A program made the position numbers and the translations under genes. The notes under the pieces were generated by a model. That model saw only the letters and a program-made list of their open reading frames with translations. It did not search any database and had not been told where the DNA came from. This document shows positions 16,518-26,064 of a stretch of DNA of 36,477 nt, piece by piece; position 1 is the stretch's first letter, and each line of letters starts with the position of its first letter. The stretch spans positions 1 through 36,477 of IMG/VR virus record IMGVR_UViG_3300032247_000480; one strand, written 5' to 3'. This DNA is from a virus (Duplodnaviria > Caudoviricetes).

Positions 16518-16946
16518 CTATTGTACTGTTCTATCTACTTCGACCCATTTTGCACCGTCAAAAACTAATTGAATAACGGCTCTGCCTACGCTTGATAATG
16601 TGGCTGTACCTGTTGATAGCCAATTTGAACCGACAAACTTTAATTTTTTGCCACTTGCTCCACTTGCAATAATTAATATATTATCGCCTGCATAAGATTT
16701 CACAACGCTTGGGTTTTTAAGTGAAAAGCTATCAGTCAATGCAATTCTTACAATTGTTTTCCAATTGCTAGGCACTAAATAAAGGCTATCAGCACCAGCC
16801 GCATCAGTAGCGTTAATGTACTTGTAAGTTAACACACGCCCTGTATTGTCATCTCCTGCTACTGTGCCGAATCTTGGCGTAGTCTTTTGGGCATTGCTCA
16901 CTAAGCCAATAAAGGCAAAAAATAAAACAAATAATAATTTTTTCAT
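16518..16946 (-). CDS. Signal-peptide-bearing beta-rich protein directly downstream of the major capsid gene (decoration-protein position)
   Basis: MKKLLFVLFFAFIGLVSNA|Q Sec signal; C-terminal LVFDGAKWVE. Confidence 0.75.
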   Translation of the reverse strand: MKKLLFVLFFAFIGLVSNAQKTTPRFGTVAGDDNTGRVLTYKYINATDAAGADSLYLVPSNWKTIVRIALTDSFSLKNPSVVKSYAGDNILIIASGASGKKLKFVGSNWLSTGTATLSSVGRAVIQLVFDGAKWVEVDRTVQ

Positions 16947-16963
16947 TTTAAATAAATTTTTAT

Positions 16964-16984
16964 AAAGTAGCCCCGAAGGGCTAC
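16964..16984 (-). terminator. Hairpin with a UUCG loop after the major capsid gene
   Basis: Minus strand GTAGCCC-TTCG-GGGCTAC-TTT. Confidence 0.7.
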
Positions 16985-16995
16985 CAAGTTAATAA

Positions 16996-18039
16996 TTAAG
17001 CTGTGATGGTTGTGTAAATAACCAATTGATCTGCAAAACCGATTTGCGTATCCATCTTGAACAATCCTTTAACAAAGAACAATTCACTATTGTTTTGCAA
17101 TCTCATTAATTGCAATTGGTTGTCCTCAGTTGAGTTGATACCTAACCATAAGTTAGAATCAACATCAGGCTTAGATATACACACCACAATAGTATTATCA
17201 GGCATACCGGCTAAAGGAGCAACTGTGTAGCCTTTATAAAGGTTTTGACCTTGTTCTGTAAAGTTGTTGTTTTTGAATACCGCAGTAGTGGTTAACCATT
17301 CTTCAAAAATCAATTTTGTTGCGTAGCTAACGTGAAATTTCAAACCTGCAGCACCATACTTAAACAATAACGCTTTTGGCACGGCTTTTAAACAACGTAA
17401 AAAAGCATCTCCAATATTTTCCTCACCACTTCCAGCAGTACCAGCTACTAATGTTGCAGGTGTTGAAATTTTGATAGTATCAGCAGCATCTAATGCTTTT
17501 TTCATAATACCATCAAAGTAGAATAATGCAGGCAAACCATCGGTATCATAAAAAGGTGAACCACTTGAAGCCTCGCCTTTTGTTGTTGGGTCAACCGCAT
17601 CCCCTGTTGGGTCATATTGCACACGGCTTCTCCAAATAGCGTTCTCAAAAAACTCATTTAAACGCTTCATTGTTTGCATCATCATAAAGTTTTCAGCGTT
17701 AACCGGTAACTCACGACCTAATAACTTTGGTTGCAATTGTTCAGCGTAAAAATGTTGCTCGTAATCACGAGGATTAAACTCATAATAAAGCATCAAATCT
17801 TGCGGCGTTAAAACTCTGCCATCTACATCAACAGTACCTTTACTCACAGGAGTTGCAGTACGTTTTTGCATAAAATTTGAAACTTCAATACGAGGGATGG
17901 TTTTCTTTTTGCGTATGCCATCTTCAACGTAAATGCAGCCCTTTTGAATTGTATCGGCAGCAACTACTGCACGAGTGATCATATAACTCGCAGCAGGACC
18001 ACTCCACGAGGTATCTGTAATGTTTAATGCTTCTGACAT
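16996..18039 (-). CDS. Major capsid protein
   Basis: 347 aa directly after the protease/scaffold gene and followed by a strong hairpin; size and position fit an HK97-fold capsid protein. Confidence 0.8.
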   Translation of the reverse strand: MSEALNITDTSWSGPAASYMITRAVVAADTIQKGCIYVEDGIRKKKTIPRIEVSNFMQKRTATPVSKGTVDVDGRVLTPQDLMLYYEFNPRDYEQHFYAEQLQPKLLGRELPVNAENFMMMQTMKRLNEFFENAIWRSRVQYDPTGDAVDPTTKGEASSGSPFYDTDGLPALFYFDGIMKKALDAADTIKISTPATLVAGTAGSGEENIGDAFLRCLKAVPKALLFKYGAAGLKFHVSYATKLIFEEWLTTTAVFKNNNFTEQGQNLYKGYTVAPLAGMPDNTIVVCISKPDVDSNLWLGINSTEDNQLQLMRLQNNSELFFVKGLFKMDTQIGFADQLVIYTTITA

Positions 18040-18065
18040 TTTACCTTAATTTAATTGTGATTTAA

Positions 18066-19178
18066 TTATTTTGTTTCAATCTTGTTACGGATTTCATTCA
18101 TTGTGTTAGCAATAACCATTGTTTGCAACTTTTCAGTATTGGCATCACCACCACCTAAAATGCTATTCATCACCGGAGCTTTACCATTTACAGGCAATTC
18201 CTCAAGTAATTCTTTTGTGCCGTCAAAATCTGCTATCGCTCTCGCAGTCCATTTTTCAACACTTTCATTTTTGATTTTACCAATTTTCACAAAGCCCTCA
18301 ATCATATTCTTTGCTTTGGCTGCTTTAGCTTCATCCTCAGCTTTTTTCTTGTCTTCGTCTGCTTCTTCGGCTTTCTTTTTAAAAGCGTTCATTTTGTCCT
18401 CCATTTCGCCTAATTTAGCTTTTGCTTCGGCGTAATCGTCCTCCATTTTTTTCATTGTTTCGCTATCGCTTTTAGCTTTATTTTGTAAAGCATTTATAGC
18501 AGCAACAATAGAATCTTCGTTTGCATCGGCTATAAGTCCGAGTTTGTTTGCAACATTTGTCATTTTACTTGATTTTATATTTTGATTAATAAAACTATTT
18601 GCCATTACCTTACCAGCGTCCCACATTGCCTTAGTGTTGCCGTGTTTAACGTTATAACTTGCACTTTCCTCAATGTCATCGCAAAACCCTAATTGCTTCG
18701 CTTCCGTTGCAGTCATCCACGTTGTTTTGTCCATAATCTTCAACACCGCCTCAACACTTTTACCGCTTCTCTCTGCTATCATAACCGCAATGCTTTCACG
18801 CATTTTCTTTAACTCTACGCTATCCCCTCCGTAAGGGTTGTGATACATTAACAAGCTATAATCAGCCATACAACAGTTTCTACCAGCTTGAAATATTACC
18901 GCTGCTATACTTGCTGCTATTCCTATGCAATAAGTATCAACTTTGGTTTTTGTTTTTAAAATGGCAGAATAAATATTGTAGCCATCCATCACAATACCAC
19001 CAGGGGAATTTATCCAAATTTGAATTCGCTTTTTATTCAATGAATCTAAGGCTAATAATTCTTGCATAAATATAGAACCATCAACGCCCTGCCCCTCGAC
19101 ATCATCGCTTCCAATATGCTTGTTTATTAGCATTATTGGCTCTTCCGATTCCGCATCTATGGTGTAGATATATTCCAT
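18066..19178 (-). CDS. ClpP-type head maturation protease fused to a scaffold domain
   Basis: INSPGG, GIAASIAA (catalytic Ser), LMYHNP (His), WMTATEAKQLGFCD; charged coiled-coil C-terminus. Confidence 0.92.
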   Translation of the reverse strand: MEYIYTIDAESEEPIMLINKHIGSDDVEGQGVDGSIFMQELLALDSLNKKRIQIWINSPGGIVMDGYNIYSAILKTKTKVDTYCIGIAASIAAVIFQAGRNCCMADYSLLMYHNPYGGDSVELKKMRESIAVMIAERSGKSVEAVLKIMDKTTWMTATEAKQLGFCDDIEESASYNVKHGNTKAMWDAGKVMANSFINQNIKSSKMTNVANKLGLIADANEDSIVAAINALQNKAKSDSETMKKMEDDYAEAKAKLGEMEDKMNAFKKKAEEADEDKKKAEDEAKAAKAKNMIEGFVKIGKIKNESVEKWTARAIADFDGTKELLEELPVNGKAPVMNSILGGGDANTEKLQTMVIANTMNEIRNKIETK

Positions 19179-19231
19179 TGTGAGTGCAATTTATTTAAGA
19201 CTTAAAAATTGAATGGGTTTGTGTGGTACAT

Positions 19232-19261
19232 AAAAAACCCCAACGTAGAAACGTTGGGGTT
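19232..19261 (-). terminator. Intrinsic terminator with a CGTAGAAACG core
   Basis: AACCCCAACGT-AGAA-ACGTTGGGGTT perfect stem (19236-19261) with a T tract on the minus strand. Confidence 0.75.
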
Positions 19262-19290
19262 AAAAACAAAAAAAACTATGAGAAAAACTA

Positions 19291-19494
19291 CTAATATGTA
19301 TTTCGGCTTCTTGCCTTGCTTAGATAAATAATTTTTTCTTCGGGCGGCAATCTGCTAAAAAAATCCTTAACCATTATATTCACAGCCTCGCTATCGCTAA
19401 CTTCATTGGTGGATGTAAACCCACGAAATAACGCTTCGTTCTTAGGTTTTAAATAACCTGTTACTTTATTTGGATGTGTTCGCTTTTCGCTCAT
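19291..19494 (-). CDS. Small basic protein, possible ribbon-helix-helix regulator
   Basis: VTGYLKP strand followed by two predicted helices (SDSEAVNIMVKDFF). Confidence 0.6.
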   Translation of the reverse strand: MSEKRTHPNKVTGYLKPKNEALFRGFTSTNEVSDSEAVNIMVKDFFSRLPPEEKIIYLSKARSRNTY

Positions 19495-19498
19495 TAAT

Positions 19499-19735
19499 TT
19501 ATTTTATAAAACAAATTGTCTGACCTGTTAAATACTTATATGAATCAATAGCAATCGTAGTGTCGCTAGTATTATCGTTATATTTTACACCAATAATTTG
19601 TGAATGTTTACCATCAAATGTAGTGTCTTTCTCGTACACAATAACACCGCATTTGGTTAGATAAAATGGCGATAATTTGTCTTGTTTTTTGCAAGCTGTA
19701 ATTAATACAATTACTGCTAATATTATTTTTTTCAT
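19499..19735 (-). CDS. Small lipoprotein
   Basis: MKKIILAVIVLITA|CKKQD lipoprotein signal. Confidence 0.75.
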   Translation of the reverse strand: MKKIILAVIVLITACKKQDKLSPFYLTKCGVIVYEKDTTFDGKHSQIIGVKYNDNTSDTTIAIDSYKYLTGQTICFIK

Positions 19736-19745
19736 TGTGTTTGTT

Positions 19746-20582
19746 TTAAATTGCTTTATAAAATATTTGCCCTGTAATAACTATTGCAGATGTTGTAGAA
19801 TCTGTTATTGACACAAATATTTTGTTGCTTAAATCTGTTAAATCATTATACTTCTGCATTGATAAATATGCTAATTTTTCTGAACCACTATTATAAATTC
19901 CAATAGATTCTGCTGCAATATCATTTACAAATAGTGAATAAGATTTATCAGGTAAAGGCAAATCGTCCATATCAATATAAAACGATAATTGTCCGCTAGA
20001 ATAAGTTGATGGCGTTAATACTAATGCGTAATTTAATGCAACAAAATCACCTTGTTTAGTCCAGGCAAATTGATAACTTGAAAATGTTGCAGTTCCTCCG
20101 GTTGCGTGGAATTTACTGCCTGCATTAGAAGCCTTATTGCTTTGATAAATCAATGAACTAAAATTAACATCACCACTACCACTTGCACCACTTGCAAACA
20201 CAACTTTTCTAACTTGTAAAACATTTCTTGCTACACTATCTGTAAACGTGATAGGGTCTGCATTTGCACCACTAAAAAAAGTTGTCGTAATTGTACCTAC
20301 AGCCACATTTGAACCTGTGGCAGTAAATGTAAAAGCATCTACTAAATAAACTTCGCCGTTAAAAAAAACAGCCCCAGCACTTACAGTATATATTGGTGCT
20401 GTAGTTGAATTAACGCAACCGTATAAAACATAAAACTTTGTTGAGTCATAACTACCGCCAATACTACCTTTTACAATAGCATCAATAACTTCTTGATAAG
20501 CCGACTGTAAATGTGAAAGAACACCGCTTTTAATCGGCATCCCAATGGCAGTAGTAATATTTGATAAATCAATTTTTTTCAT
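19746..20582 (-). CDS. Tail fibre/baseplate-attached protein
   Basis: Follows the baseplate J/I-like genes; VLYGC...VSAGAVFFNGEV N-terminal module and beta-rich C-terminus. Confidence 0.65.
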   Translation of the reverse strand: MKKIDLSNITTAIGMPIKSGVLSHLQSAYQEVIDAIVKGSIGGSYDSTKFYVLYGCVNSTTAPIYTVSAGAVFFNGEVYLVDAFTFTATGSNVAVGTITTTFFSGANADPITFTDSVARNVLQVRKVVFASGASGSGDVNFSSLIYQSNKASNAGSKFHATGGTATFSSYQFAWTKQGDFVALNYALVLTPSTYSSGQLSFYIDMDDLPLPDKSYSLFVNDIAAESIGIYNSGSEKLAYLSMQKYNDLTDLSNKIFVSITDSTTSAIVITGQIFYKAI

Positions 20583-20584
20583 AA

Positions 20585-21253
20585 TTAATATGTTGCTATG
20601 TTATAATTTAAACCAATTGTGTTGTATTTGTTCGCAAAGTTTCTAACTGTACTTTCACGCTCCGCATCATTACTACCTAATGAATTATAAACTGATGTAG
20701 GTATATTGATAGTATAATTGTTAAACGTTGCAAAACTATAACTATTTATAACAACTTCATTACTATTCCCACTATACACAATACTGCTTTCATCTTCAAT
20801 TGCACCTACAATAAAAACATTTGTGTTTGGTGTATTGGTTGTAATGTAAATATCGCTTTGTGTTGGCGGTTGATTAAATAATGTACCAAATCTTTTGTTT
20901 AAAGCGTACTCAAGTGTTAGCTTAATATGGTTATACAATATCCTTTCATCAACGCCTACAAAATACGCCAAATAAACACGCCAATCGCTTACCGTTGTTG
21001 GGGTTGCTGTTGTACTACCAACAATAACTTCATAAACACTCTGCCCATAAATAACCCTATTGCCTATGGTATAAGTGCCGACCGACCACGTTGGATAATC
21101 AGAACCAACTTTATAATCGCCTAGTATTTTATCACGGCAATATTGCACTTGTGATAGCAACGCTTTAACCCACGCTACCATCTTATTACCTCTCTTATCG
21201 GGAGGCAATAATTCAACTGCTTTCTGATTATAATTTATGTCAAAAAATCCCAT
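20585..21253 (-). CDS. Baseplate wedge protein (gpI-like) with an inserted carbohydrate-binding-like module
   Basis: ELLPPDKR...LEYALNKRF core; insert WSVGTYTIGNRVIYGQSVYEV...P...W. Confidence 0.65.
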   Translation of the reverse strand: MGFFDINYNQKAVELLPPDKRGNKMVAWVKALLSQVQYCRDKILGDYKVGSDYPTWSVGTYTIGNRVIYGQSVYEVIVGSTTATPTTVSDWRVYLAYFVGVDERILYNHIKLTLEYALNKRFGTLFNQPPTQSDIYITTNTPNTNVFIVGAIEDESSIVYSGNSNEVVINSYSFATFNNYTINIPTSVYNSLGSNDAERESTVRNFANKYNTIGLNYNIATY

Positions 21254-22095
21254 TATTCAGCTATGAATGTTAATGTATCAGCAAGCGTATTGCTTGCCGT
21301 TGTTTCGCCTACTATGTAACCTGCAACAGTTGCCCATTGTTTAGTTATTACTGTGTTTGCCAATACTAATGATGTTGCAGCACTTAGAGAATCAGCATCA
21401 CGCCTGGCTTTTACATTGTTAAATATCACATCATTTACTCCTTCAGTATTTCTTATTGCAATTTCTAAATCACTAATTTTTAAAGTACCATTGAAAGGCA
21501 AAGAACCTAAATAAGTTTCAATAGCCGCAATAACATTAGCTTGAATAATTGCCGAATAAGCACCAGCGAAATACACTTGAGCTTGTATGTAAATTTTATC
21601 GCTATTGGTACTACTCACAACGTATTTAATACCTGCAACGCCCAATGTGTTTACATACGTTTGCAAAGCCGATATTTCGGGGGACGTTAAAGCCTCAGGC
21701 GTTTCACTTTTGGCAACTTTTACCAACACCTTATTTGTCAAATTGCTTGTAACGCTGCACCTTGTTACTATTCGCTTTGTTTCGTCTGTTATTGGGTATT
21801 GTGGCACTAAGTCAATCAACTGTAAAACCTGCGGCGTTGTTGCGTCATATTGAAATTTAAACACCCTATCTTGTAGCCATTGTGCAGTTTGTGGTGCTGC
21901 TAAATTTATAATAGCTTCATTGTTTGATTGAAAAACATCTTGCAATTGCTCTAATATGGCAATGGCTGTAGCAACAATAAATGTCCACAACCTCCATATT
22001 GCCGTTTGACTAGTGGATGCAGCTTGGGCAAGGTTTGCGTCCGCTTGCACACTTGCTATAATTGCTGCCTGTATTTCTGCTATTGAACGTGCCAT
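21253..22095 (-). CDS. Baseplate J-like protein
   Basis: MARSIAEIQ N-terminus; YLGSLPFNGTL...IRNTEGVNDV C-terminal J-like motif. Confidence 0.75.
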   Translation of the reverse strand: MARSIAEIQAAIIASVQADANLAQAASTSQTAIWRLWTFIVATAIAILEQLQDVFQSNNEAIINLAAPQTAQWLQDRVFKFQYDATTPQVLQLIDLVPQYPITDETKRIVTRCSVTSNLTNKVLVKVAKSETPEALTSPEISALQTYVNTLGVAGIKYVVSSTNSDKIYIQAQVYFAGAYSAIIQANVIAAIETYLGSLPFNGTLKISDLEIAIRNTEGVNDVIFNNVKARRDADSLSAATSLVLANTVITKQWATVAGYIVGETTASNTLADTLTFIAE

Positions 22096-22096
22096 T

Positions 22097-22603
22097 TTAT
22101 AAATTTTCCTCGGTAATTGTTAATGTTATTGGTGGATCTTTAACCACAAAATCTATTTGCTCATCAATACTACCCTTTGTGTCAACAAAACTACAAATAA
22201 AATCAATGGTGTAATGATAAATGTTTGTATGAACGTTGTCGCTTGCTTCGCCTTGCTTCTGTAAATGGCTGCAATTTGTAGGCTTGAATGATGTAAGCAA
22301 ATTAATAATGTAATCTCTATAAGTAAACACATTTACATTTTCCTCAAAGTTGCCACTACCTGCGTCATACTCTTCGTGTCCGATATGTATTTTAACAACC
22401 AAATCACTAACGTTGTAACCTTGACCAACTTGAAACCCTGTTGACGGAACAATCTCAACAAATGCACAAGGAAAAGGAAAAGCATAAGTTTCTCCGTCCT
22501 CTAATTGTTGTATTTGGTTATTCCAAATATGCACAAATTTAAAGGCTGTGTTAGTCTTTATTTTAGTGATTATGCTGCTATATACTTGTGCTATGCCTGC
22601 CAT
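22097..22603 (-). CDS. Tail terminator/completion protein (Mu gp37-like)
   Basis: IWNNQI...FPFPCAFVEI motif; follows the virion morphogenesis gene. Confidence 0.65.
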   Translation of the reverse strand: MAGIAQVYSSIITKIKTNTAFKFVHIWNNQIQQLEDGETYAFPFPCAFVEIVPSTGFQVGQGYNVSDLVVKIHIGHEEYDAGSGNFEENVNVFTYRDYIINLLTSFKPTNCSHLQKQGEASDNVHTNIYHYTIDFICSFVDTKGSIDEQIDFVVKDPPITLTITEENL

Positions 22604-23043
22604 ACTGCTTTTACTGCTTTATTTATTTTTTCACGCTGCAATTTACGCAATGTTTCGCTGTCACCCATAAATTTACGCTTTGGCATTTTGCCGCCTCTTA
22701 TTGGTAACCCATCATTGTGTACTGCTGCATAAGGTAAATTAACAACAAATTTAATTGATTGAAATGTTTTACTAATTAAACTGCCTGCAACTGTTCGCCT
22801 TAATCGTCCTGTTCCTACCAATGTTGCCCTTGTATGCCTTGCACTTGCTCCTTTTTTTGGGTACTTATATTCAGGCGTTCCTGCAATCTTTCTTTTAGGT
22901 GTTTGCCACGTATTGCCATCCCACCCTTGTTTTATAAATGATGAATTAAAAAACCTTTGAGCATCGTTAGCAAGAACAATAGGCAAATCTCGTTTGAGTT
23001 GCTCAATGTTTCGCTGCACGCGTTCAAAGTTAAATTTACTCAT
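22591..23043 (-). CDS. Phage virion morphogenesis protein (Mu gpG/P2 gpS-like)
   Basis: LVGTGRLRR...PYAAVHNDG...MPKRKFMG motifs. Confidence 0.85.
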   Translation of the reverse strand: MSKFNFERVQRNIEQLKRDLPIVLANDAQRFFNSSFIKQGWDGNTWQTPKRKIAGTPEYKYPKKGASARHTRATLVGTGRLRRTVAGSLISKTFQSIKFVVNLPYAAVHNDGLPIRGGKMPKRKFMGDSETLRKLQREKINKAVKAVWQA

Positions 23044-23351
23044 TATGCTTCTGCTAAGGGTTTATAATATTCAATCACAACGGGTTTTATCTGAAACATT
23101 GCACGTTCAATATTCACGCCGTCAAATTGAAACGCATCGGGTTCATCTAACTTCTCCATCATATCCTGCCAACCTTCGGGCTTCTTTGTTTCCAATATTG
23201 CCTTAACGCCAGCTTTAAACAGTCCGTAATAACTTTTTTCAAGTCGAAGCGTTTTAATCGGCTCGCCTTTCGCACGCCCACAAGCGATAATGTTTGCACA
23301 AAAATCAATTGCTTTGTTGTAGGTTGGTTCGTAGTTGCTAAATGTGAACAT
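23043..23351 (-). CDS. Hypothetical protein
   Basis: Translationally coupled in the late operon. Confidence 0.7.
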   Translation of the reverse strand: MFTFSNYEPTYNKAIDFCANIIACGRAKGEPIKTLRLEKSYYGLFKAGVKAILETKKPEGWQDMMEKLDEPDAFQFDGVNIERAMFQIKPVVIEYYKPLAEA

Positions 23352-23556
23352 CTGAAATAATCTTTGCGTTTAAAATTAAATTAATCCCCTCATTTATATA
23401 CATAATCGGTTGGTTGCCTTTTGAAACCCCATTAGCTGGCAACCCCAAACATTTTTTATGTAAATCTTCTGCCCAAACAACGTTATCACTAATAAATGTT
23501 ATTCTTACATTAATTTTATCAATTGGGCAAAATACTATATCACCTTCTTTAATCAT
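23338..23556 (-). CDS. Hypothetical protein
   Basis: Small ORF with a TAAATTTG box just upstream. Confidence 0.6.
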   Translation of the reverse strand: MIKEGDIVFCPIDKINVRITFISDNVVWAEDLHKKCLGLPANGVSKGNQPIMYINEGINLILNAKIISDVHI

Positions 23557-23565
23557 TTTACAAAT

Positions 23566-24744
23566 TTAATCGTTTTTGGGAATAGGTAAATTAAAATTGT
23601 TTCGGGCCAATGCCTTATCCCCTTTTGCTACTTCAAAATAAGGATGTTCGGGTGAAAAAATATAACCATCCTTGCCGGGGTTCATTTTAAAAGTATCATC
23701 CATTTTTGCGTCCATTTCTTTCGCAACTTGTTTAATCCTTGCATCGCTCGACTGTTTCGCTCCTTCGTATTTGTCTATTTTTTCGAGCAAACAACGGCAA
23801 TTGTGAACCTTAACACCATTCGATAATGTATAACTTTCATCTTCATCAACCATTAAATTATACACTAATCCATTATATTCTTTCTCTTTTATTGAAACAA
23901 TTTTTGTGTAAGAATTAAGCCCACATTTTATAAAATCAAATTCTTTTAATTCATTTGCTTCAATCCATTCATCACCTAAACATAAAAATTTTAAAAATTT
24001 ATGATTAGGAGTACAATTTACAACAATTTCACTATTAGAAAACTTTATATTTTTTAATAACCCGTCAAATTTATTAATGTGTATATGCAAAACTTTTTTA
24101 TATTGTTGGTTATGTGTTTGCACGCTATCTCCAATATTTACATTTTGTATATTTACCAACCCTTTTTCTGTAACAATTTTTGTTTCACCTGTGAAGCAAT
24201 TAAAATGATTTAAAGGTGCGTGAACGTTCCAAAATGGATCATCAACTGGTCGGGTAATACCATCAAGCGGCCGGCAAATATCGCTTGTGTTTGCATCCAT
24301 AACAGCACTATATCTAAGCAAAGGGAACAACTCTTTATTTTCCTCAAATCCAGCCCACGCTTTCGCCGATTGTGCTTGCCCTATTGCTGTGTTATATTCA
24401 GCCTTTGCCCAATCAACATTATACTGCTCGTAAGTCTTTTGAGCTTGTTCGTAAAAGTCTTTAAAGGTTTTTGAGTCGGCAACAAAACTGCTAAATTCCC
24501 TTACTTGTTGGTAGGTTTTTGCACCACTAAATAAATATGTGTTTGTCCGCAATTCGTTTAATAATTCATAATCAGTTCCCCCAAATTCAAAGTCGGCTAA
24601 TGTGCCGCCAAACCCTTCGTATAACCCACGTTTAATATAACCAGCAATAGCAAAATACAAGTCTTCGGGAAGATTATCAACTGTAATCAACCCTTCATAA
24701 ATCGACTTAAATAAATTGTCTATTTGTTTATCGGTAAATTTCAT
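23566..24744 (-). CDS. Minor head protein (SPP1 gp7/Mu gpF family) containing an intein
   Basis: AEYNTA...LRYSAVMD...C...LDG...DDPFW...PLNHFN/CRC family motif, split by a Hint domain. Confidence 0.9.
   Translation of the reverse strand: MKFTDKQIDNLFKSIYEGLITVDNLPEDLYFAIAGYIKRGLYEGFGGTLADFEFGGTDYELLNELRTNTYLFSGAKTYQQVREFSSFVADSKTFKDFYEQAQKTYEQYNVDWAKAEYNTAIGQAQSAKAWAGFEENKELFPLLRYSAVMDANTSDICRPLDGITRPVDDPFWNVHAPLNHFNCFTGETKIVTEKGLVNIQNVNIGDSVQTHNQQYKKVLHIHINKFDGLLKNIKFSNSEIVVNCTPNHKFLKFLCLGDEWIEANELKEFDFIKCGLNSYTKIVSIKEKEYNGLVYNLMVDEDESYTLSNGVKVHNCRCLLEKIDKYEGAKQSSDARIKQVAKEMDAKMDDTFKMNPGKDGYIFSPEHPYFEVAKGDKALARNNFNLPIPKND
23800..24198 (-). mobile_element. Mini-intein, 133 aa, without a homing endonuclease
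   Basis: Starts CFTGETKIVT (block A), has CTPNHKF (block B) and VYNLMVD (block F), ends VHN before the Cys+1. Confidence 0.9.
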
Positions 24745-26062
24745 TTAACCTGTTTTGTATTTTTGGATTAAATGATGTAGGCGTTGGCGTTTCTATTTCC
24801 GCAGTTGGTATTCCTGTTCTTTCCTCAAAGTAGGCTGCATCCATCTTTAAGCCTGCATTTTTCATTACTAAGGCAATGTCAGCCGTTGCCTTGTTGCTTT
24901 CATCTTCACGTTTTCTTGCTTCCTCTTTTTCAGCATCGTTTTTAATCTCAAAACGCAAATCTTCACTAATGGCAAAACCAAATTTTCGCAAACGTGGCAA
25001 TAGTTCGGTGTTGATATTGTTTTCAAGAAACCGCGTGTCAACAATTTGTATGTGTTCCAATGCTTGTGCAACCGGTGATTCCTCGCCGCTACCTCCGCCT
25101 AATTTGCCTGGCACACTATCCAATGCGTCTGCGTGTCCTAAAATAATTTTACTAATCTTCTTTTCACATCGTTGCTCTAAACTTTCGTAAATCTTAAACC
25201 CTTGCCCATTGCCCTTAGTTTCCAACAATTCCAACTCATCCATTGAATCCTTTAATATCCAACCGCTTGAAGCCATATCACTTAATGCCTTAGCATATTC
25301 AGCCCTTTCATCTTCATTTGTTTTAGATGTGCTTCCAACCCTTGTAGGCATACCATACAACTCCGCAGCATCGCTGTTAAACCCTAATATATTGCGACAA
25401 ATAATCTCATACATTGCCACCTTGTATAAGTACCCATAACCGCAAAGACTAATCCCTATTTCAGTTGGTGTTGCTACCCACACATTCCAATCATAATAAG
25501 GCTCATCGAGAAATTGGGCCCCACTTAATGAATAAACATAACTTGTTACATTTAATCGGTCTGGCGAAACGTTAAACCTTCTTATCGTTGTTAAATTAGG
25601 AAAGTTGTCGGCAACAATATCGCCTAATGATATAAGACTATATCCGAACGCTTGAGCATCTAACACATAACCGCAATACAATTCAAACCATTTTGTTTTT
25701 AATAACTTAGTAGCCTTTTCATCTTCTTCGCCTAATTCATTACACAGCTTAAAATCTTTTAACAACGTTAAATTTCTACGCTTATCCATACAAGCTGCAA
25801 CGTGTCCGTTTAATACAGTATCAATGAATAAACGCTGCATCCTTACGCGGTGTGGATACCACGCTTGCTCCGCTTCTGCACACGCTTGTCGCCACATCTG
25901 CACATCGTGACGAACCCTTTGAAGTTGCACAGGTGTGATATAACTTCTTAAATGCCTTTCTGGGTTCTTAATATCCCGCCATTCCCCCGCGTGTTCTTGG
26001 GTAAGTGGGTTGTCGGGTGTAGGGAATAAATAGTTTGCTACCCTTGTTAGTATATTAGCCAT
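24728..26062 (-). CDS. Portal protein (DUF935/Mu gp29-like)
   Basis: ELYGMPTRVG and KISKIILG motifs; lies between the gp36-like and gpF-like genes. Confidence 0.88.
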   Translation of the reverse strand: MANILTRVANYLFPTPDNPLTQEHAGEWRDIKNPERHLRSYITPVQLQRVRHDVQMWRQACAEAEQAWYPHRVRMQRLFIDTVLNGHVAACMDKRRNLTLLKDFKLCNELGEEDEKATKLLKTKWFELYCGYVLDAQAFGYSLISLGDIVADNFPNLTTIRRFNVSPDRLNVTSYVYSLSGAQFLDEPYYDWNVWVATPTEIGISLCGYGYLYKVAMYEIICRNILGFNSDAAELYGMPTRVGSTSKTNEDERAEYAKALSDMASSGWILKDSMDELELLETKGNGQGFKIYESLEQRCEKKISKIILGHADALDSVPGKLGGGSGEESPVAQALEHIQIVDTRFLENNINTELLPRLRKFGFAISEDLRFEIKNDAEKEEARKREDESNKATADIALVMKNAGLKMDAAYFEERTGIPTAEIETPTPTSFNPKIQNRLNEIYR

Positions 26063-26064
26063 TG

